The notes: generated from the sequence alone by a model not told the origin. Counted from the first letter of the stretch, positions 1 to 12,275 are shown. The stretch is 64,000 bases of DNA from Octopus bimaculoides (GCF_001194135.2 NC_068981.1:2408575-2472574), one strand, 5' to 3'. Translations and numbers: made by a program.

Positions 1-643
1 CAACTCACCCGCACATGCATACACATATATATATATATCGTTAATATACTATCACACACATGTATACATGCATACATGATGGGTTTCTTTCAGTTTCCAT
101 TTACCAAATCCACTTAAAAGGTCACATGGTGGGATTGAACCTGGAACCAATTACAAGCTTCTCAACCGCACAGCAATGCCTGCACCTTTTCTGTAGTAAG
201 ACACTGGTTTCTGCTTCTCTGTTTCTCTGTCACTGTCTAACCTTTCATCATCTGACACAAGATCCACTCCTCCAGTGCCCCTCCCCTCTCAAGATTCCTT
301 GTTTTGCAAGTTACTTTAGGACCCTACCCATGCTGGTGCCACTTAAAAAGCATCCATTCCACACTGTAAAGCAGTTGGCATTTGGAAGGGCATCCAGCTG
401 TAAAAACCATGCAAAAAACACTCGGTTCACTCTGTGGGGGGGTTGGTGTTAGGAAGGCCATTCAGCCATAAAAACCCTGCCGAAACAGACACAGTAGTCT
501 GGGGTAGTCTCCTACCTGGCCAGCCCCTGTCAACTACCCTACCCATGCATGCATGCAAGACATGCGTTAAACGATGATGATATATTGTCTTTTTATCTGG
601 TTTGCAAAATCCTTTATGTGAATCCGTGTTGAAACAAATTTTT

Positions 644-982
644 GTGTCTCGAGAGAGTCATTATGCCAATGTTATTAACGAATGCACTGGTTCAATTCCA
701 CTCCTTTATTATTAGTCAATTGGTTAAATATCCAACTAAGTAATCGCTTGTTGTTTAATTTGGTCAAAGAGTAAGTTGTTTGTTTTTGTTTTTTTCTTAA
801 AGCTCTTTTGTTGAAAAGGTTGCATATTGCAATGAAAGAACTTTCTAATAAAACCCGACTTACTCTTTAACCAAGTTAAACAATTGATTAGTTAGTTGGA
901 TAGTTAACCAGATGACTAATAATTAAGGAGTGGAATTGAACCAGTGTGTGTGTCAATATTGACATAATGACTCTCTGGACAC
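644..982. mobile_element. MITE-like element with about 125-135-bp terminal inverted repeats
   Basis: 644-776 is the imperfect reverse complement of 858-982 (core CACTGGTTCAATTCCACTCCTT...AAGGAGTGGAATTGAACCAGTG). A decayed relative lies at about 63130-63420. Confidence 0.75.
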
Positions 983-1156
983 AGCAAAATAAATATTGTA
1001 TTTGTTTCAGTCATTTGGTTGTGGCCATACTGGAGCACTACATTTATTTATATATATATAAATATGAGAGCGATAGTACTTTTGAAAATACCATCGCTGG
1101 TGGCTGCAAACACAAGCTGTACAGGCAAAATTAATAAGATATATACATAGAAGAGA

Positions 1157-1320
1157 TATTAGTATACTAAGTAGAATAAAGTTCTACAAATCTAATCATA
1201 TTTGTCAGAAATGGAGGAGATAAGATGTTAAAAAGTTGTAATCTCCTCCATTTTTGACAAATTTGACTAGATTTGTAGAACTTCATTCTATAACTTAATT
1301 GTACACTTATTATACTAATA
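1157..1320. repeat. Inverted repeat: 50-bp stem (1172-1221/1241-1290), 19-nt loop, plus a 16-bp outer stem
   Basis: Direct reading gives 4 mismatches in the 50-bp stem; the outer arms 1157-1172 and 1305-1320 have 1 mismatch. Confidence 0.85.
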
Positions 1321-1510
1321 CAACTTTTCAAATCTATACCAGTTTACTCCAGTAAAGTCTCAGCAAAATATGAAGAATCAACGTGAGAAATCTTTTTTGG
1401 AAACCATTCCAATTAAAAGACAAATCCACATTCAACCTTTTACACACACACATACATATATACATGTGTTATATGCTTACATATAAGAGATATTTATATA
1501 TATTTATATA

Positions 1511-3490
1511 TCATCGTTTAATGTCCATTCTCCATGCTGGCATGGGTTGGACAGTTTGACTGGGGACTGGCAAGCCAGGAGGCCGTAAAAGGCTCCAATC
1601 TGATCTGGCAATGTTTCTACAGCTGAATGCCCTTCCTAACGCCAACCACTCCGAGAGTTTAGTGGCTGCTTGTTACGTGCCACCGACACAAGAGCCAGTC
1701 AGGCGGCACTGGCATCGACCACGTTTGGATGATGCTTTTTATGTACCACCAGCACGGGGAGCCAGTCAGGTGTTTCTGGCAGCAACCCACACATGAACAG
1801 TGCTTATTACATGTCACCAGCACTGGTAATGGCCACAACTACAATTTCCATTTGATTTGATTTTGATTTACTTGACTCAACAGGTCTCCACAAGCACGGC
1901 ATGTCACCCAATGATTCAAAGGTGCTTTTTAAATGGACTGCTTATGTGACACTGGTGTAAGCTACGGCTGTGATCTTACTTTCCTTGCCGGGTCTTCTCA
2001 ATCAAAGCATATCTCCAGAGGTCTTGGTCTTTCGTCATTGATTCTGTGAGGCCCAATGTTCGAAGGTCATGCTTCCATCACCTCATCCCATGTCTTCCTG
2101 GGTCTCCTTCTTCCATGGGTTCCTTCAACTGTTAGGGAGTGACACTTCTTCACACATCTCTCCTCATCCATACATAGCACATGATCATACCAGTGCAGTC
2201 ATCTCTCTTGCACACCACATCTGATGCTTCTTATGTCCAACATTTCTCTCAGGGCGCTTACACTCTGTTGTGTGCACACTGACATTACACATCCAGTGGA
2301 TCATACTAGCCTCATTTCTTTCGAGCCTATGCATGTCTTCAGCAGTCACGGCCCATGTTTCACTGCTGTGAAACATGGTAGTTTGCACACATGCATTGTA
2401 CAATTTACCTTTCACTCTGAGCGAGAGGCCCTTTGTCACCAGTAGAGTTAGGAGCTTTCTGAACTTTGCCCAGGCTATTCTTATTCTAGTGGTAACGCTC
2501 TATGAGCATCCACCCCCACTACAGACTTGGTCACCTAGGTAGCGGAAGCTATAAACTACTTCTTGTTTCTCCCCTTGGCATGTTATGGAATCACTTTTCT
2601 GAGCATCTGTGGTGTTTATTACCCCTGTGCATCTGCTGCACACGAAAGCTATCTTCCTGGTTCATCTGCCTTTGATGTTGCTGCACCTCTTATGTGTCCA
2701 TAACTTACACTAGGTACATCTTATGGAGTTTCTACCTATACCTTTTTTACAGATCAAGCAGAGCCATCTGCCTGAAGGGGTTTGTGATGTGTTCGCCTTC
2801 CTACTTACTAGGACTTTGGTTTTTGCAACATTGACTCTAAAGCCTTTCGATTCTAAACCTTGCTTCCATACCTGAAATTTCTTCTCTGGTTCTGGTAGTG
2901 ATTCCGCAATGAGAGCAAGGTCATCAACATAGAGGAGCTCCTGGGGGCAGCCTGTCTTGAATTCCGACTATGATGAATAAGAGAGGGCTGAGGGCTGATC
3001 CTTGATGAACCCCTACTTCCACTTGGAATTCTTCGCTATGCTCATTGCCGACCCTTACCTTACTAGTGACATCCCTGTACAAGGCCTTTACGGCTCTTAT
3101 TAACCACTCGTCAATCCCCAGTTTCTGCATCGCCCACCAGATAAGGGATCAGGGGACCCTGTCAAAGGCTTTCTCCAAGTCAACAAGAGCCAAGTATAGG
3201 GGTTTATCTTTGGCTAGGTATTTCTCTTGTAGTTGCTGTACCAGGTATACAGCATCAGTGGTGCTTCTACCTGGCACAAAACCAAACTGCATCTCATCTA
3301 AGCAGACTCTCTCCTTAATTAGTTGGGCTATGACCTTCTCCGTCACCTTCATCACCTGATTCAGCAGTTTGATACCCCTGTAGTTATTTCTATCTAAAGC
3401 ATCACCTTTACCTTTGTAGCAGTTGACTATGGTGCTGCTATGCTAGTCATTGGGTATGACTCCTTTGTGAACTATGAGCACCTGCATTGC
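1511..3490 (-). mobile_element. 5'-truncated, decayed RTE-clade LINE: RT domain with an internal PHD finger, 3' UTR and (GAT)n tail
   Basis: Minus-strand RT motifs NYRGIKLL, QFGFVPGRSTTDA, DLEKAFDRVP, GVHQGSALSPLLF, LLYVDDL, YLG, SETW and GRPRKTW, broken by stops and frameshifts. Continues without a break into the abundant (GAT)-tailed repeat. Confidence 0.92.
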
Positions 3491-4548
3491 TAAAAATAGA
3501 AGTAAAAATACTTCTGTTCCACAGAATAGTCACAAAATTAATACAAGTGCATATATATATATCTATATAAATGTGTTTGTGTGCTCCTGTGATATATATA
3601 TATATGAAATGGACGATTTTCCAGAAGGCCTTCTGCTTCTAATAAACATACTCATCATCATTTAACATCCATTTTTCAGAACCTGGCATGCTCCACAGCT
3701 ATATCGAGCTCCAATGTCTGTTCCAGCTTGGTTTCCGCAGCCAGATGCTCTTCTAGTGCCAATCATTTTACAGTGTGTACTGGTTATTTGTGTGCCATTG
3801 CCACTAGTGACATTACCAAAAAAGACACTCTAGATAATTTTGTGTTATATTGTATGTACCATTGTGACACATACTTCAGAAATGGTCATCAAACACATGC
3901 TCCAGCTATCCAACCCATGCCAGCATGGAAGACAAACATTACATGACACTTTGGACAAGTTTCATCAGCCCCAGGCTGATTATAGCCTTTTGAATGGATT
4001 TGGTTCACAGAAACTGAAAGAAGCCCATTGTGTGTGCGTGTCTATATGCGTGAGCATGTATGTCTATGTGCATGTCTCCTCTTGAAATGAATGTCAGTCA
4101 TTTCCAATATTCTGCACAGATATGTTTGTCCATGGGTTAATATTGCCTTGCTTGGAAATGAATGAGGGTTGGTGACAGGAAAGGTATTCAGCTGTAGAAA
4201 ATTTGCCATGAATTTTGTCCAAACCTTGTAAGTATAGCAAAGTAGGTGTTCAAACTGATANNNNNNNNNNNNNNNNNNNNNNNNNNNNNNNNNNNNNNNN
4301 NNNNNNNNNNNNNNNNNNNNNNNNNNNNNNNNNNNNNNNNNNNNNNNNNNNNNNNNNNNNNNNNNNNNNNNNNNNNNNNNNNNNNNNNNNNNNNNNNNNN
4401 NNNNNNNNNNNNNNNNNNNNNNNNNNNNNNNNNNNNNNNNNNNNNNNNNNNNNNNNNNNNNNNNNNNNNNNNNNNNNNNNNNNNNNNNNNNNNNNNNNNN
4501 NNNNNNNNNNNNNNNNNNNNNNNNNNNNNNNNNNNNNNNNNNNNNNNN

Positions 4549-4582
<34 letters not shown>

Positions 4583-5426
4583 CATTTTAACATACACTTT
4601 TCTATGCTTCCAAGAGTTGGACAAAGTTTATGTATATATCATCATCATCATTTAACATCCACTTTCCATGCTGGTATGGGTTAGACAGTTTGACCAGAGC
4701 TGGAGAGCTGCATCAGGTGTCAGTCATCTGTTTTGGTCTGTTTTCTGCAGCTGGATGCCTTTCCTAATGCCAACCACTTTACAGAGTATACCGGGTGCCT
4801 TTGACATATCATAGGTTCTTTTTATGGGTCACTGGGCACTGGCACCAGCAGGGTTGCTATGTAACTTGCAAAACAAAGACCTCTTGATTGAGAGAGGGAG
4901 TGGAACCAAGGGGAGTGGCTCTGTGCTAGACAAAAGGCTGAGTGGCTGTGTGCCAATATAGATACAATAAAGTGTAGCTGTAAGAGAAATATAAGAGTGA
5001 AAACATTCCACGTCTACTTTTGATGTGCTGAAAAAATGAGCTGCTGACTGGCCATTTTGTAGTTTGTTGGTTTCTAACTTTTACCATTCTCTAACACAGA
5101 ATATTGATATTTATGCAGTCATAAATTAAATTTACTCCACCACTTTTGTGGATTGCTTAATTTGCCTATTGTTGCTTCTGAACGCCTCTTAATATATTTT
5201 TGGTTTAATACTAAACATTATTTGAGTTCATTCATTAGATTTGTCTTAGAGAAAGCATCGAAAAGGTCATCTGTTGATGTGAAAGGTATTCTGAATATAA
5301 TTGTATCTTCTCATTTGACATACCAGTAAGAACAGTGGGCTGAATGTGATGTGGCATAAGCTTTTTTAGCCAATTAGTCTTGTTCCGTTCCCTGATCTAA
5401 ATAACACAACACCATTATTGGATTCT

Positions 5427-5808
5427 TTTATTTGTTTCAGTCATTTGGCTGCGGCCATGCTGGAGCACCGCCTTTAGTTGAACAAATCAACCCCAGGAAT
5501 TATTCTTTGTAAGCCTAGTACTTATTCTATCGGTCACTTTTGTTGAACTGCTAAGTTACAGGGATGTAAACACACCAACATCGGTTGTTAAGTGATGGTG
5601 GGGGGCAAACACAGAACCACAAACATATATATATATATATATATATACACACGACGGGCTTCTTTCAGTTTCCGTCTACCAAATCCACTCACAAGACTTT
5701 GGTCAGCCTGAGGCGATGGTAGAAGACACTTGCCCAAGGCACCATGCAGTGGGACTGAACCCGGAATCATGTGGTTGGTAAGCAAGCTACTTACTACACA
5801 GCCACTTC
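5427..5808 (-). mobile_element. tRNA-derived SINE, family A (CORE-like centre, internal microsatellite)
   Basis: A-box TGGCTGTGTAGT and B-box GGTTCAGTCCC on the minus strand; CCTTGGGCAAGTGTCTT centre; many homologous copies in the window. Confidence 0.85.
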
Positions 5809-6415
5809 TAACCACTTGTCTCTCCTTTTCTCTCTTATTTTTTTATTTTTTTATTTGAAATTCATTCGGTTGTAGACTTGAATGTTCCAAGAAATTTTAA
5901 AATTCAGCAGGATAGTGAATGCTTTCTTCTTCCTTACAACGTTATATGTTGATTTGTTATTATGTTTTGACTAATTCCTGGAAGTGCTTGTAACAGCTGC
6001 CAGTTAATGTTGATCATTGGACATTACAGGATACAGCTATAGCTCTTTTGCACAGTTATTTCTGTGTCAGATGCTGCTGGTTAGGTAAGATCTCTGATAT
6101 CAATTCATCAACTGGACCATTGGTAGCTCCTTTACTGCCAGAAGGAAATCTTCCCTCACTGCCTTAGAACAAAGGTTTGGTACACCAACCAGAGAGATAA
6201 TCTCTACAAAGACAGCCCCCTCAGGTCTGTAGACAGATTGAAGAATTTAACTCTGGTTCTAAAGCATTGAAGATTTGAAGCAGCTTCCATATTTCTTAAG
6301 TTTCATTTCTTTTGGGTTCAGTAGCAGAGACTGATTGATGTCTCCTGACAACATCCTGTTCAGGATCTCCAGAACTCTTGTTTGTGTTAAGAACATCTAG
6401 CCGTATATGTGTGTG

Positions 6416-6456
<41 letters not shown>

Positions 6457-6457
6457 C

Positions 6458-6489
<32 letters not shown>

Positions 6490-7479
6490 CTTCATATGTC
6501 TGTTGTCCATGCTGGCATGGGTTGGATGGTTTGTCTGGGCTGGCACACTGAAAGGCTGCACCAGACTCGTCTGATTTGGCATGGTTTTCTACAGCTGGAT
6601 GCCCTTCCTAACGCCAACCACTCTGAGAGTGTAATAGGTGCTTTTACGTGCCATACCATTATCAACATTTAGCTTATGTATTCCATCCTGGTATGGGTTA
6701 GATGGTTTGACGAGAGCTGGCTAGCCAGAGAACTGCACCAAGCTCTTTTGCATTGGTATGTTTTTTGTGGCTAGATACCCTTCCTAACACCATCTACTCT
6801 ACAGAGTGGACTGGGTGCTTTTCATGTGGCAACAGCAACTGCCAGGTCACCAAGTATTAGTCAAGACGAAGACTCTTCAACTGAAGGAGTAGTATTGAGA
6901 GAGGTGGCTTTGTACCAGGTGATGACGGGTTAAACTATGATAGAGATACCTGGCTACCCCTGTCAAGGGAGAGAGAGAGGATGTTAGTGAAGATGTGCAG
7001 GGCATACCCTCAAGATACAGGGATATATGTATGTATATGTGTGTGTGTGTGTGTGCATGTATGTTCATATGGGTTTATGCATATAGTTTAAAGGAAAAAC
7101 CAGAAAACAGACTGTTAGTATGTTAATTATTTCATAACAATTGTTTCTGTAGTCAATGATCAATAATTAGTAGATATATTGATAGTCGACTACCTCATCA
7201 GATGGCATATATATGTTGTTTGTATGTGTTTATCTATATATGCCTAATTAATAATCAATTTTCTAATTTACCATCCAACATTACATACTTCAACAGTAAT
7301 TATTATTAATTTTTTCTTTCTAATCCTTGCTTTGTTATTTCAACCACAGTTACTGTTATTAAAAAATTTTTTTTTTTTTGTTCGTGTTCTTATAAAGCTC
7401 CTTTTAGAATGCCATAGAAAGTTTTGTTCTTTTTTTTTTTTTTCTTTTAGCAGGATTTGGTGCTAGTGCACCATGCTGC

Positions 7480-9010
7480 CCAATCTAACACTACCATCTG
7501 ATCTTAAGTTCCTCAAACAAGGTTTGCTCTAATGCTTGGAGATTTCAATAACCTTTCCACACATATCACCCTCAATTCTTCCCTATAAAAGTAAAATAAA
7601 TCCAAATGCCCTCACCACTTGTGTTTCCTTTTCTCAAACCTTCAAAACCTCCTCTACAACCCAGACCCCACGTATCATCTTTTAATCTCTGGCAAACCAC
7701 ACATCCTATTTATCACCTCTAATGTACAATCCAGTTCTGTTGTCTCTAATACACTTTCTATTCAAATTTCACTCCAATATTTACTGTCTTCATAATCTCC
7801 TTGTCTTTTACCCTCTTACCTCTCATAACTGGATTTCTGCAAGAACAACTTCCATTTCTGCTTCAAAGTCTCCCTCCATCATTTTCCTCTATTGCTATCT
7901 GAACACCTCAGACCATCAGAAACTCTTTGAACATATTACCTCTACACATTGAAAACATCTATCTTACGTCTCTGCCAAGTCTTCATCTTCATAGCTCCCA
8001 TCCTCATCCCACACCAATGCATTCCATCGTTTACCTGCACTCTAGACCAACACACACAAACACTCTGCTCTTTTCCTCACCTCAAAAACCTAACACCTGC
8101 CATACTGTGACTAAAGCTGCACCCCTGTGCTGGCACCACATTAAAAGCACCTGTGCTGGTGCCATGTAAAAAGCATTGGTTATGGTACAATGTAAGAAGC
8201 ACCCAGTACACTCTGTAAAGTTGTTGGCATTAGGAAGAGCATCCAGCTGTAAAAACAAAACCAAAACTGGTGACTGGAGCCTGGTACAGCACTCCAGCTT
8301 GCCAATTCCTGTCAAACTGTCCAATCTATGCCAGCATGGAAAACAGATGTTAAATGATGATAATGTACTCCAGGGTCTCGTTTTGTACCTCCCTCTTCTA
8401 TATATATAATGACCTACCAACCACTACATCCAGCAATACTCACTCTTACACAGATGATACAACTTCCCATTCTTCTCTAACCTGCCTCAACCATGCATCA
8501 TCCACACACAAACTAGGCACCATACACCAGGCTTGCATTGATTCCATAAACAAAGACTTGAGACCTTCCTCCAGTAGAGTGATGTCAGTCTTTTAACAGC
8601 AAAATAACTCAAGCACTCTCCAAACCAAGGAAACGCCACTGCACCACTCCACCCCCNNNNNNNNNNNNNNNNNNNNNNNNNNNNNNNNNNNNNNNNNNNN
8701 NNNNNNNNNNNNNNNNNNNNNNNNNNNNNNNNNNNNNNNNNNNNNNNNNNNNNNNNNNNNNNNNNNNNNNNNNNNNNNNNNNNNNNNNNNNNNNCTCCCA
8801 CCCCATCACAAGTGGCACTTAACTTGAGCACTCTTATCACTGCAGACACTGGGCCTCTCTATCATCAAAAATCTCTCTTGACAAAAGCACAACTAGAAAA
8901 TATCTCAATCCGTACCTGTTACTGACACCCACAATAGAGGATTGCTCCCACACCTAGGACAGTGCTGCTGCACAGAGATACCCTGGACTGCATTCTGAGA
9001 AGGGCCATTC
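7480..9010 (+). mobile_element. Decayed CR1/L2/Jockey-type LINE fragments, interrupted by an RTE 3'-end copy and a gap
   Basis: VLQG..LYLPLLYI.NDLP...HSYTDDTT at about 8365-8470 is a degenerate VPQGSVL.P.LF..YINDL...YADD. An endonuclease-like remnant lies upstream. Confidence 0.6.
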
Positions 9011-9450
9011 AACATAGACAAGCTCCGGCCTCTGTTACATAGGAAGTCCTGGGGTCAATTTGTTCGACTAAAGGTGATGCTCCAGCATGGCTGCAATCAA
9101 ATGACTGAAACCAATAAAAGAATATCACAGTATTGACCAGACCATCAGATGTTGTTATACATTGCTGGTCACAATGCGCTTTTTTGCATCGTTTTTAGCT
9201 TTCGAATGATGCCACCCTGCTGGCTCGGCAAGCAGGCCAACAGTCCCTCTAATTGGACGACTCTTCCATCACAGAGTTACTCATTTACAGTTGAGTGGAC
9301 TGGACCAACATGAAATGAAATGTTTTGCTCAGAAACACAATGCGCTGCCCAGTCTGGGAATAACCACTAGGATAGTTTTCTGGTCGAGTCTTGTAAGTCG
9401 TAGTAGAAATGCAACCTATGTCGAAAATAGGCATAGGAGTATTGTACAAA

Positions 9451-9824
9451 GGAGTGGCTGTGTGGTAAGTAGCTTGCTTACCAACCACATGGTTCTGGGT
9501 TCAGTCCCACTGCGCAGCACCTTGGGCAAGTGTCTTCTACTATAACTTCAGGCCAACCAAAGCCTTGTGAGTGGATTTGGTAGACGAAAACTGGAAGAAG
9601 CCCGTCGTATATATGTGTGTGTGTGTGTGTTTGTGTGTCTGTGTTTGTCCCCCCACCATCGCTTGACAACCGACACTGGAGTGTTTACATCCCCGTCACT
9701 TAATGGTTTGGCAAGAGAGACCGATAGAATAAGTACTAGGCTTACAAAGAATAAGTCCTGGGGTCGATTTGTTCGACTAAAAGGCGGTGCTCCAGTATGG
9801 CCACAGTCAAATGACTGAAACAAA
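9451..9824 (+). mobile_element. tRNA-derived SINE, family A, near full length
   Basis: A-box and B-box, CORE-like segment, (TG)n, and the 3' segment TAAAGGCGGTGCTCCAGTATGGCC...ACTGAAAC; ends at a gap. Confidence 0.85.
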
Positions 9825-10121
9825 NNNNNNNNNNNNNNNNNNNNNNNNNNNNNNNNNNNNNNNNNNNNNNNNNNNNNNNNNNNNNNNNNNNNNNNNNNNN
9901 NNNNNNNNNNNNNNNNNNNNNNNNNNNNNNNNNNNNNNNNNNNNNNNNNNNNNNNNNNNNNNNNNNNNNNNNNNNNNNNNNNNNNNNNNNNNNNNNNNNN
10001 NNNNNNNNNNNNNNNNNNNNNNNNNNNNNNNNNNNNNNNNNNNNNNNNNNNNNNNNNNNNNNNNNNNNNNNNNNNNNNNNNNNNNNNNNNNNNNNNNNNN
10101 NNNNNNNNNNNNNNNNNNNNN

Positions 10122-10155
<34 letters not shown>

Positions 10156-11060
10156 ATCATGTTTCTATCTCCAGTTCTCTCCCTCTTTGTCTCATTTCAT
10201 TACTCCTCTGCTATCTTTAGATATTTTGGCTTCAAGAGAAGACGTTGCTCTGTCCCAAAATGAAAACATTTTGATTTGGTTTCTGAATGTGTGCAATCAA
10301 AAACTGAACAGGTTACTCAGCTTGTCACCAATATACCGCTCACTGCTAAGGAGTATACTGATCCAACTAATTGTGTTTAAAGCTACTACTGTAATAAGCT
10401 GGTGTCCCATTATGTTACAATTATATTTTGTCTTCGTCTCATTAGATACAGCAAGACTTGATTATTGTAGCTGAGTTGAATAACTCACCTGAAATGGAAT
10501 TTGCCTTCAAGACAGTGACTGTGATGCTGGACAATGATATTTTTTGACAATTACGTGTTGGATTTTCACTTGTCCCTTAATTTGTGCTGTACAATTAACT
10601 TTTCTTTAGTTCAAAAGACACTTTTCAGCTGTTTCTCCCCTGCAAGTTTTATGTCTTCATGTCTGGTCACACTTCAGTTTCATTGAGATCACTTTCATTC
10701 ACAATAAATGAAGTTGACATTATTTTTAAGTTGATCTCATGAATGGAAAAGAAAAAAAAACCCACAAAAAGTACAAAAGATGAAATTATCCAGGAAAAAA
10801 AAAACTCGTATCTCCCTAAGGAAAGGAAGAAAAAGATTAAAAAATGGAGGTGGGAATTAAACAGCAGAAGGTAGTGGTGGAGAGGTTGTACACCCCAGAC
10901 AAATGGCGTGTTTAGCTGCACCTTTTGGACATGATTGCAAAAGCATTTCTGCAGAGAATGACCAGCAACACTCGCTGCAACATCCACTCTCACCTCATGA
11001 AATATCAACAAAATAGATGTTCATGAAATGCTTCTTTTCTTATTTATATAGATATATATA

Positions 11061-11628
11061 CGAGGGGGAGTCAAAAAGTAATGCCATTTTGTTTAGGACA
11101 GGTATAATTATGAACACAGGAACATGTATCATACATCAAAATGAAGCTGGAACCCTGTGGATCACATCCCTACTTCTCAACATAGTCACTGTTTCTCTCA
11201 ATAGCAATGTTCCACCTTCGAATGAGAGAATGTATCCCTGCCCCGTAAAATTCTGTTGACTGTTCTTTGAGCCACTTCTTCACTACAGTTTTCACTTCCT
11301 CATCACTTGAATAATTGAGCGCCTTCAGACTATCATCTCTTCAGCCCCTTGAAAGAGGGTTTGAGAGGCAAACATTATTCCAGTGACGAGGAAGTGAAAA
11401 CTGTAGTGAAGAAGTGGCTCAAAGAACAGTCAACAGAATTTTACGGGGCAGGAATACATGCTCTCATTCGAAGGTGGAACATTGCTATTGAGAGAAACGC
11501 TGACTATGTTGAGAAGTAGGGATGTGATCCACAGAGGACCAGCTTCATTTTGATGTATGATACATGTTCCTGTGTTGGTAATTATACCTGTCCTAAACAA
11601 AATGGCATTACTTTTTGACTTACCCTCA
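11061..11628. mobile_element. Mariner-derived foldback element: two inverted copies of the transposon right end
   Basis: TA-flanked CGAGGG... ends; 255-bp arms (11061-11315/11374-11628) with 14 differences by manual count. 11319-11519 encodes APSDYHLF...RRWNIAIERNADYVEK*, the mariner DD34D C-terminus. Confidence 0.92.
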
Positions 11629-11659
11629 TATATATATATTTTATACATTTTCATTTATT

Positions 11660-11905
11660 TTTTGTTTGTTTAGAAAACCTGATGGATTTTTATAGAAGTA
11701 GCTTCAACAACTTGTTTGTTTTCTTTGGTACAGATGGATCTTGGTCTTCCATGTCTTTCTAAATCTTCAACTGAACCAGTCACTTCAAAGCCCTTGATAA
11801 GGTTGGCCATTGTGTCTTGTTTTATCGACTGGTATGTTGATAAGATGGCACATTTCTCTCTTATTTTATACTTCATTTTTATGTTTGCATTTTAAAAATA
11901 CACTG
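11660..11905 (-). mobile_element. Tc1/mariner-like transposase N-terminal HTH remnant
   Basis: ORF 11670..11876 contains LIKGFEVTGSVEDLERHGRPRS..TKEN, resembling the F..TGSV.D..R.GRPR motif. CACTG|TA at 11901-11907 may be a terminus. Confidence 0.55.
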
Positions 11906-12061
11906 TACATTCTAGTTATGTTGGCTCATGTAGATATTTGTGATTCTAACTAGTGAGTAACTCTATAATTAAACAATTATAGGGTAATAGTTGCAAGCAA
12001 AAATCATTATTTGTAATTTCACTTTATTATTGAGTAACAATAATCAATGAATGAATAATAA

Positions 12062-12275
12062 TTGCTTCAAGTTTTGGTATAAGGCCAGCAATTTTAAAGG
12101 GAAGGGAAGTTGATTCTATCAACCCCAGTGCTGACAGGTACTTATTTTATTGACCTGGAAGGATGAGAGGCAAAGTTGACCATGGCAAGATTTGAACTCT
12201 GAATATAAAAAGCCAGAAGAAATGCTGCTCAGCATATTGTTTGACACACTAATGATCCTGCCAACTCACTGCCTT
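12062..12275 (-). mobile_element. tRNA-derived SINE, family B
   Basis: Reverse complement of the TGGCAGAATCGTTA...GAGTTCAAATT...TTTGCCTTTCATCC...AAGTACC consensus seen at 45644. Confidence 0.75.

Noticed and set aside
4215-4655. ORFs with long X runs (also near 8.5-8.8, 9.8-10.2, 46.6-47.1 and 62.5-63.0 kb)
   Set aside because: They exist only because N-gaps contain no stop codons.
6397-6672. His/Thr-rich or Val/Cys-rich ORFs (also 32.4-32.9 and 53.7-54.1 kb)
   Set aside because: These are translations of (CA)n, (TA)n and (CAT)n microsatellites with no splice or homology support.
10830-11000. Cys/His-rich minus-strand string CCSECC...CPKGAAKHAICLGC resembling a PHD finger
   Set aside because: Ligand spacing does not fit C4HC3, the final Cys pair is missing, and there is no supporting ORF context.
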